The notes below the pieces were generated by a model that worked only from the letters and a program-made list of their open reading frames with translations, was not told the origin of the DNA and did no database searches. The position numbers and the translations under genes were made by a program. A stretch of DNA of 64,000 nt, taken from assembly GCA_001600695.1 (NCBI GenBank), contig BCKQ01000009.1:204913-268912 (forward strand). The letters run 5' to 3'. Shown in pieces: positions 56,347 to 64,000 of this stretch. The DNA is from Ascoidea asiatica JCM 7603 (lineage: Eukaryota; Fungi; Ascomycota). Every line of letters begins with the position of its first letter. Position 1 is the stretch's first letter.

Positions 56347-59300
56347 ATGTCACTTTCTTCCTGGAGACAGATAAATTTTTTTGATTATACTCCTATAAAA
56401 GATCCAAACTTTAATACTGATTATCCTTTATATTCTGATCCTAATTTATCTTCAATTTGTTCTTCTGATGATTATTTAGTAATTGCAACTGATAATTCAA
56501 TTATAAAATTAATTAATAAAAAATTTCAATTAGTTTATCAGTTTCAAGCTTATGAATTAGGTATAAATATTACTTTTTTAAAATTTTTTAAAATTAATAA
56601 TAATTTAAATTTATTAGCAACTGTTGGTGAAAAACAAGGTCATCCAATAATTTTTAAATTATGGAATTTTAATAAATTATTAAAAAATTTAAATAATTCA
56701 AATTTAAATGTTATTGATAATAATATTAATAATAATTTAAATTCAAATTCAATAACAACACCTGAAAATGATAATAATAACAATAATAATAACAATAATA
56801 ATGAAGAAAAATATCCAGTTTTTGATAATGTTTTCCATTATCATGCAATTGTTCAAATACATAATAGTAATAATCAATATCCTTTATCCACTTTTACTTC
56901 TTCAAATGATTTTTCTTTATTAGCTTTTGGTTTTACCAATGGTTCAACAATCTTAGTTAGAGGTGATTTAATTCATGATAAAGGTTCAAGACAAAGATTA
57001 ATTTATCAATCAAATGATAATGATCCAATTACTGGTTTACACCTTTTTAAACAATCAAATTCAACTGATGATATAATATCTCTTTCAAATTCAATTTCTA
57101 TAACTAATATAATTTCAAATTCAACTTCAAATACTAATCCTAATTTAAATTCAAATTCAAATTCAATTCCAATCACAAATATAAATTCATCTTTAGATTA
57201 TTTATTATATATTATCACAACTTCAAAAATATTAATATTTGAAACTGATGGTAGAAATCAAAATAAACCTTTAAATATCTTAGAAAATCATTATGGATCA
57301 AATTTATATTGTAATGATATTTTTAAAAATAATTTAATTGTAAGTAATTCAATAACAAATTCAATTGATTTTTATAATTATAATTTTGGTAAAATTAATT
57401 CAATAATTTTAAATTTTAATAAAAATAAAATTTTTAATTATAATAATAAATATCTTTTAATAATTTCTTCAATTGATAGTTCTTTTACTTCAAATTTAAA
57501 TAAAAATACAAATAATATTTTAAATAATATTAATTCAGATACTTTTTCAAATATTTCAACAAAAATTTTAATTATTGATTATATTCATAATTTTATTATT
57601 TTTACTTTAACTATTTCAAATAATATTTCAAATATTTTTTTTATGTGGAATGATTTATATCTTTTATCAACAAATGGTTTACTTTATAAATTATCTGAAA
57701 AATCTATAAATTCAAAAATTGATTTATTAATTCAAAGAAATTTATATCCAACTGCAATTCAATTAATTGAAGAAGAATTTCAAAATATTAATAATCTAAA
57801 TATAAATAATTTAAATATTAATGATAATGATAGTAATATTAATATGGATTTAGATAATATTCAAATAATTTCTGATAATATTCAATTATCTAAAAGAGAT
57901 CTCTTATTAATTAAAAAAAAATATGGTGATTATTTATTTTCAAAAAATGAATTTGAACAATCTATAAAACAATATATTCAATCAATTGAATTAAATAATA
58001 ATAATGTTACAATTAATATAATCTTAAAATTCAAAAATAATGATAAAATATTACTACTAACAAATTACTTGGAAAATTTATTTAAATTTCAAAAAAATTT
58101 ATTCTATAAAAATTTAGAATTTGAAGCTAAAAGTCAACATATTTATGATACAAATTCTATTTTAACTTCAATGACTTTAAATCAAAGTAATAATAATTTA
58201 AATCAAAATCCAATTTTCAATCCAGAATATTTAACTTTATTATTATGTAATTATTGTAAATTAAAAGATTTTAAAAAATTAAATAAATTTATTATAGAAA
58301 TTGAAAATGTTAAAAAAAAATATAATTATGATAATAGTTTAAATTTACCAGAATTAAGTTTTGATTTGGATTTAATTATTGATTTATTAATGAAAATCAA
58401 TTTTTATAAAATTGCTTTAAAATTGTCTTTATTATTCAAGAATTATTCTTTAATCCTAGAATTGCTAATTAATAAATTCAAATCATATAAATTAGCTCTA
58501 AATTTTTTAAAAGTTTTGAAAATTAATGAGTTATTGAACCTATTAATTTCTGATGCAAATGCTAATTATGCCAAGATTCTTTTGAAAGCTTTACCTATAG
58601 ATACAACAAAACTTTTAATTGATGTATTTACTGGTATTTATAAACCTGAAAGTACTGAAGAAGCAATCTATCAATCTTTTGATGGTTTAATAGATGACTC
58701 CGAAAATTCAATAGGTATGAAAGACAAATCTGATTCTAATTCTGATTCATCAAATTTTTCAAAAGAAGCAACAAGTATTAATCTGGGTGATACTACTTCA
58801 AATCCAGTTCTTACTAATTATAATGCATTTGTTCAGTATTTATCATCTGCAGCAAATGTGGCTTCATTCGGGACTATAAATGGTAATATTTCAACCCCTG
58901 TTACTTCCACCTTGAACGAATCAACAACCCCAACATATCAACCTCCAAGACCAAGATTAATATTTCCTTCTTTTGTTAATAATCCGGGTGAATTTGTTAT
59001 TTTTCTTGAAGCCTGTTTACAATCTTTCGATAAGTTCGATGAATTCAAAACAAATAGTAAAGATAAAAAAGATTTATTAATAACATTATTTGAAATGTAT
59101 TTAACTTTGGCTAAAAATTCATTTTCTGATAAAAAAACTAAAAGAGATTGGGAAAGTAAAGCCACTAATCTATATAAGAAATTCAAAGAGCATATGGATT
59201 ACACTTCAGTTCTTTTGATTTGTAATCTAAATAATTTTCAGAATGATGATCTTTTGTTAGACGAAAATGAAACTGAAACAACAATGAACGGAAAGTCAAC

Positions 59301-60372
59301 TGATTCTAAGAAAATCGAATTGATTGAAGATCTTGATGAGTTGGAGAACTGGAATGAGAAAGATGATATCGATTTTTCTTGGTTTGAAAAGTTTAACTAT
59401 ACAGGATTAAGTAAGAAAATGTCTATTTCTTCTGATGAAGAAGTAGACGAAGAAGGCAAGAAAGAAGCTGGAGTAGATAATGCTGATGAAGAATTGCCGG
59501 GATATAATCATGTTGAATTGTTAAGATCCAGTTTATTGTCTGGAAATATTACCAGATCGATTAAGATTTTGAAAAAGTTTGGTGATAAACTTCCAGAGCT
59601 TTATAATGTATCACTAATTCTTATCATTAAGCTCAATTCTACCAATTTTTTGTCAAATAAATTTGGGATTAAGAACTTTCTAATTTTATTGCATAAAATT
59701 TTAAAGCTAAATCTTATGTCTTTGATTGACCTAATAAAGATTTTATCAATCAATAATTTGATAAAAATCAAATTTATAAAAAACTTTTTAATTAACTATA
59801 TTAATTACAAGAATTTTGAAATAGAGAAAAATTTAAAACTTTATAAATATTACAGAGCAGAAGTGGAAACAAAAAGAAATGAGATTAGTAGAATATTGAA
59901 TACTGGAAAAAATAAAGATGATGATATGAGTGAATCAAAGGAAAAGGGAAAGAAAGATGAGGATGATTTTATTGTGTTAAATAATTTGAGATGTAGTACA
60001 TGTGATCAGCCCCTTGACTTCCCAATAATACACTTTGTTTGTCATCATTCTTATCATCAACGTTGTTTGACTGACTATAATTATGATACATACGATATTA
60101 ATGGTATGGACAATAATAATGAGGAAAATATGACTGACAGTACTTCACTTGATGGTATGGGAAATAATTTAAATGAAATAACGTTGAAATGCCCTAAGTG
60201 TGTAACTGAAATGGATGCTATAAAGGCTTTAAGAACATCTCAAGATGAAATTGGTGAAAGAAATGATTTATTCAAGATTGCATTGAAAGACTCTGATGAC
60301 AAATTTAAAGTAATAACAGATTTTTACGGCAGGGGAGCTATGGAGCATGTTAGATATGTTTTACAAGAGTAA
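56347..60372 (+). CDS. PEP5: HOPS/CORVET subunit Vps11
   Basis: MSLSSWRQINFF, RGDLIHDKGSRQR, KKYGDYLF, YQPPRPRLIFPSF, C-terminal RING CSTCDQPLDFPIIHFVCHHSYHQRCL...CPKC. Confidence 0.96.
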   Translation: MSLSSWRQINFFDYTPIKDPNFNTDYPLYSDPNLSSICSSDDYLVIATDNSIIKLINKKFQLVYQFQAYELGINITFLKFFKINNNLNLLATVGEKQGHPIIFKLWNFNKLLKNLNNSNLNVIDNNINNNLNSNSITTPENDNNNNNNNNNNEEKYPVFDNVFHYHAIVQIHNSNNQYPLSTFTSSNDFSLLAFGFTNGSTILVRGDLIHDKGSRQRLIYQSNDNDPITGLHLFKQSNSTDDIISLSNSISITNIISNSTSNTNPNLNSNSNSIPITNINSSLDYLLYIITTSKILIFETDGRNQNKPLNILENHYGSNLYCNDIFKNNLIVSNSITNSIDFYNYNFGKINSIILNFNKNKIFNYNNKYLLIISSIDSSFTSNLNKNTNNILNNINSDTFSNISTKILIIDYIHNFIIFTLTISNNISNIFFMWNDLYLLSTNGLLYKLSEKSINSKIDLLIQRNLYPTAIQLIEEEFQNINNLNINNLNINDNDSNINMDLDNIQIISDNIQLSKRDLLLIKKKYGDYLFSKNEFEQSIKQYIQSIELNNNNVTINIILKFKNNDKILLLTNYLENLFKFQKNLFYKNLEFEAKSQHIYDTNSILTSMTLNQSNNNLNQNPIFNPEYLTLLLCNYCKLKDFKKLNKFIIEIENVKKKYNYDNSLNLPELSFDLDLIIDLLMKINFYKIALKLSLLFKNYSLILELLINKFKSYKLALNFLKVLKINELLNLLISDANANYAKILLKALPIDTTKLLIDVFTGIYKPESTEEAIYQSFDGLIDDSENSIGMKDKSDSNSDSSNFSKEATSINLGDTTSNPVLTNYNAFVQYLSSAANVASFGTINGNISTPVTSTLNESTTPTYQPPRPRLIFPSFVNNPGEFVIFLEACLQSFDKFDEFKTNSKDKKDLLITLFEMYLTLAKNSFSDKKTKRDWESKATNLYKKFKEHMDYTSVLLICNLNNFQNDDLLLDENETETTMNGKSTDSKKIELIEDLDELENWNEKDDIDFSWFEKFNYTGLSKKMSISSDEEVDEEGKKEAGVDNADEELPGYNHVELLRSSLLSGNITRSIKILKKFGDKLPELYNVSLILIIKLNSTNFLSNKFGIKNFLILLHKILKLNLMSLIDLIKILSINNLIKIKFIKNFLINYINYKNFEIEKNLKLYKYYRAEVETKRNEISRILNTGKNKDDDMSESKEKGKKDEDDFIVLNNLRCSTCDQPLDFPIIHFVCHHSYHQRCLTDYNYDTYDINGMDNNNEENMTDSTSLDGMGNNLNEITLKCPKCVTEMDAIKALRTSQDEIGERNDLFKIALKDSDDKFKVITDFYGRGAMEHVRYVLQE

Positions 60373-60489
60373 TTGAATTAGTTAAATCGACTTTTAAATT
60401 TTTTAGTAGATATATAAGTAGAATTCTTTCAACTTGTAATAGAAATAAAGATGTCGACATTAATTATAAATACAATAAATTTAAGGTAT

Positions 60490-60547
60490 CTAAAAGTAAT
60501 AAGACCTAAGAGTAATATGACTTAAAAGTAATATGACCTAAGAGTAA
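60490..60547. repeat. 16-bp minisatellite, about 3.6 copies (YTAARAGTAATAWGAC)
   Basis: Direct reading between the convergent PEP5 and RME1 genes. Confidence 0.85.
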
Positions 60548-60846
60548 AAGCATCATTATATGAATAAAGCCATTTCGAAGATTAATAAAACTTGAACAGA
60601 TGTTCATAAAGAAATGAAATTGCCAATGGCAAATAAAATAATTAAAATTAAAGAATCAAAAGATTGAAAGAATTAATGAATGAATAGGATATTGAAAAAT
60701 CACCAGAATTAGGTGAAAAAACAAAAATTGGTAAGGCCCAATTATAAGAATAGAAATCGTTAAAAATAAGGATTAAGGAATGTTAAAATATAATGAAGGG
60801 ATTGTTAATAAAGAATAACAAAGTAGTTACTATATTAAAAGTACAA

Positions 60847-62553
60847 TTACAAAGCAGAAATTTGACCATTCTCTCTAAGTTTGTTTCTGAGTTTCATTTG
60901 CTTTCTGTTCCATCTGCTGTTCTCATTTTCATGAACCATCCTATTATGTCTTCTATAAGAATCTTTTCTTTTGAAACTTCTTGAACAGATTTCACAAAAT
61001 ATTTGATCTACTTCAGAGCCTAAATGACGTTTTTGAGCACTTTTTAAAGGGTCTATTTCTTTTGTAGATTTGGATTTAGGACTTGGAGGCTTTGATATTA
61101 AATTACTGGAAAGATCCATTTTTTTTGAAGAACAAACTAAACCATGCTGATATTCAACGTGTCTTCTTAATTCTGCTTTTCTTGGTAATCCAAGATATTT
61201 CCAAGCACAATCATCAACAGGACATTTATGAGGCCTAATAACTTTGAATTTATCAAGATGAGAAGCAAAATCAGCTAATGTTTTGAAACTATTAGCACAA
61301 TGGGTGCATTTGAATGAACCCTTTTTAGCTTTTTCATTTGCTTTTTCCCATAAAACAGGAGTCTTCTTCAATTGATCAATAATAGATTCATTCTTTTCAC
61401 TAATTACATCTAAATTAAAAGTATTTAAATCCACAGGTGAAAAAGCGGTATCAGTTGGAAAATCACTAAAAGAATTAGTAATAGAAGATCTAGTTTCGAA
61501 TGAAGCCAATGAATCAAAATTATTCACTGGATGAATGTAACTATAGTTAGGAGAAAGAGAAGATGATTTATTGTTGTTGATGTTAAGGTTGTTTTGGCCA
61601 AGTAAGTCAAATGGAACTGGACCACTACCTATATCCATAATATTTTGGGTTTTATTGGAAACTCTAGCAGTTATGACTTCTGTTTTAAGTGGAGATAAGT
61701 AGTCATTAATATTTGCTTGACTATTTGTTTTGAAATAATTTGAAACATTTGATTGATTGAAAGAAATTGGTGATTGTAAATTTTGAATTGAGTGATCATT
61801 ATTTAAGGGATTATTTGAATTGATAATTAAATTTGGATTAGTATAAGAGTAAATTGGAGTGAAAGTATTTATATTACTATTATTGAAGCTATCTGAATTG
61901 ATATTATTATAATTGGAAAGATTACTGATATTAGTATTATTAGAATTATTCATTTGTTTATTACAATCAAAAAAAGTATCATAACTAGTTGCTGATGGTA
62001 TTTGTGATGGATTATAGCTTGAAATAGCTGATGGTGGAGTTGAGGAAGTATCATTATAATATATTCTTTCATCAAAACAGGAATTTGCAGACTCAAGACT
62101 AGGACTATTTATATTTGTGACTGGTGAAGAATTACCAATATTTAAATAATCAATTGGAAGATGTAAATTTGGCTGAATGAATTGATTTAAATTATTGAGA
62201 TTAAAATTTTGAAGATTATTACTATTATTAACATTGTATAAATTATTTGAATTATTTAAATTAGTGAGATTATTTGAAGTGTTAAAATTATTAAAATTAT
62301 TGAAATTATTGAAATTATTGAAATTATTTAAATCATTTAAATTACTTTGATCCAGAGTACTAAAACTATTCATATTGTTAACATTTGTATAAGTATCTAA
62401 TAATCCAGATTGAATATTTTGTTGGTTAATTGGCTGATTATTTTGTTGAGGATTATTTATAACATATTGAAACATATTTTCAATATCTGGGTTAAATGAA
62501 TCCATGTTAAGATTTTCTGGATTAGGTGATGAATCTTTATTATTGTCTGACAT
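60847..62553 (-). CDS. RME1: C2H2 zinc-finger regulator Rme1
   Basis: Three fingers: FKCTHC...HLD; RPHKCPVDDCAWKYLGLPRKAELRRHVEYQH; CEICSRSFKRKDSYRRHNRMVHENENSRWN. Confidence 0.88.
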   Translation of the reverse strand: MSDNNKDSSPNPENLNMDSFNPDIENMFQYVINNPQQNNQPINQQNIQSGLLDTYTNVNNMNSFSTLDQSNLNDLNNFNNFNNFNNFNNFNTSNNLTNLNNSNNLYNVNNSNNLQNFNLNNLNQFIQPNLHLPIDYLNIGNSSPVTNINSPSLESANSCFDERIYYNDTSSTPPSAISSYNPSQIPSATSYDTFFDCNKQMNNSNNTNISNLSNYNNINSDSFNNSNINTFTPIYSYTNPNLIINSNNPLNNDHSIQNLQSPISFNQSNVSNYFKTNSQANINDYLSPLKTEVITARVSNKTQNIMDIGSGPVPFDLLGQNNLNINNNKSSSLSPNYSYIHPVNNFDSLASFETRSSITNSFSDFPTDTAFSPVDLNTFNLDVISEKNESIIDQLKKTPVLWEKANEKAKKGSFKCTHCANSFKTLADFASHLDKFKVIRPHKCPVDDCAWKYLGLPRKAELRRHVEYQHGLVCSSKKMDLSSNLISKPPSPKSKSTKEIDPLKSAQKRHLGSEVDQIFCEICSRSFKRKDSYRRHNRMVHENENSRWNRKQMKLRNKLRENGQISAL

Positions 62554-64000
62554 GTTGTGAAAAAAAAATAAAATGAATTTGATAAATTACTATATTTGAT
62601 ATAATTAATATACTAATTACTTCTTTGGAGGTTATTATTTTGTTATTTGAATGAAGGTTTGAAACTTATAAAGATGAATTAAAATTTAATTAATTAATTA
62701 ATTATAATGAAGTAGGAAATTTCAGGGATTATATATAATTTAAGACAATATCATTAAAAAAAGTTAAAGAAAAATTAAAGGAAAAGGGAATCATTAAATA
62801 ATAAGAATTTTGGGGTTAATTAAAAATAAAAAATCTTGGATTATAAGAAAGAAATAAAATAATTATTGTATAAAGGTATAAATATAATTGATATGAATTA
62901 GTGTTTTAAAACTTTAGTTATATTACCGGTGAAGTAAAAGTAATTTAAAAAAAATTTAAAAGTAACTTTATTGATTACTATTTGTTTTAATTGAATAAAT
63001 TAAATGTTTAATAAAGTTTGGATTAAACGTGAAGTTTTAGGATGAAAAAAAACATGAGAGAGAAGGTGAAGTAAAGTAAGTACAGTATGAATAGTAAACT
63101 AAAAAAAATAAATTAATTAAAAAATTAAAAAGTATAAAACAGAAGATAAACTTTTTTTTTACAAAAAATTTGAAATAATAAGAAATTTTTGAAATTTCCA
63201 AGAAAATAAAAATTAGATGTTAAAACAAAAAAAATTGTTTATAATCGCAAATAATGTAAAATAAAGTGAATTCTGAATATCTTCTGTAAGAAAAAAATTG
63301 TAATTAAACTTTTAATACAGAATTGAATGTTATACAAGTAAGTTAAAAATAATTTCTGTGCCCGTAGTAAAAAGGATATTTGAATTTTACGTTAATAGAA
63401 AAAAAAGATTGCAAAGATGTAAAACAAATAGTAGTAGAAGATGAAATCTTTTAGGCAACTTACAGTAGTAGTTAAGTTAAAGATTATACGGTAATATTGT
63501 TCAAGTATTTACAATTTCACAAGTATAAGATTTCATTTACAAATTTTAAATAATTGACTGAATTGATAAGAAATTTTTCCAATAGAAATTTTCAAAAGAT
63601 TAGAAGTAAATATATCTAAGAAATACATGTGTTCTTAATCAATCTTGTTTTCCTTTTCTTTTTATGATTTCTTTGAAATTTACTTTTTATTTCCAGACCA
63701 TATTTTGAACTTTTCTTTTGAGATCAAAAAGAAGTGACTGACAGGCAATAAATGTGAAATTATGGATTTTTGATATGAAAAGTACACTTTTAATTTTAAG
63801 TGCAATTAGCAAATTTAATCGACCTTAGACAGTCCCAGAAATATAATGAAATTTATCAATTAAAGCGATAATCAAAAGGTAATTGAAGTCTACGAAGTAA
63901 CCAAAAAAAAAAAAACGACATATGAAGATGCATTCTTTGGAAAATCGAAGAATATTTGTTAGTAGTAGATTGGACTGGATTGGATTGGATAATCTTTTGT

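Noticed and set aside
240-60984. The many 60-140 aa ORFs in the track (poly-I, poly-L, poly-Y and antisense ORFs)
   Set aside because: They are alternative-frame shadows of real genes or products of microsatellites. Many start at non-ATG codons and none has a recognisable domain.
62554-64000. a1-alpha2 operator upstream of RME1, and a minus-strand TACTAAC at 63964-63958
   Set aside because: The GATG candidates I checked lack the GATG-N9-ACA spacing. No ORF follows the putative acceptor, and any donor would be outside the window.
1-64000. tRNA, rRNA, snRNA, LTR or transposase
   Set aside because: I recognised no A/B-box cloverleaf, U1/U2/U4/U5/U6 signature, long terminal repeat or gag/pol/transposase motif by eye. 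Covariance-model searches were not run.

Overview
Very AT-rich budding-yeast (Saccharomycotina) chromosomal segment. The composition and pervasive poly-Asn tracts suggest an Ascoidea-like species, but that is inference only. It carries 16 long ORFs that look like real genes: SNT1 (starts before the window), USA1, TOM1, a YER152C-like aminotransferase, FAU1, FMP10, SET5, WHI3, SNX3, BEM2, KRE33, MTE1, a YPL162C-like gene, an unassigned mitochondrial-type ORF, SNG1 and PEP5/VPS11. RME1 lies at the right end. Reading the sequence by hand also gave: (1) a two-exon COX17 missing from the ORF track, with a pair of inverted Mac1-type TATTTGCTC elements upstream; (2) a membrane-protein reading frame at 43360-42401 broken by in-frame stops; (3) five helically phased CGG triplets upstream of SNG1; (4) short GC-rich promoter islands flanked by strand-asymmetric AT-rich DNA, with matching synonymous-codon gradients along genes. 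I recognised no tRNA, rRNA, snRNA, transposon or CRISPR. No clearly new multi-gene system is demonstrated. Gene names come from motif recognition, not database searches.
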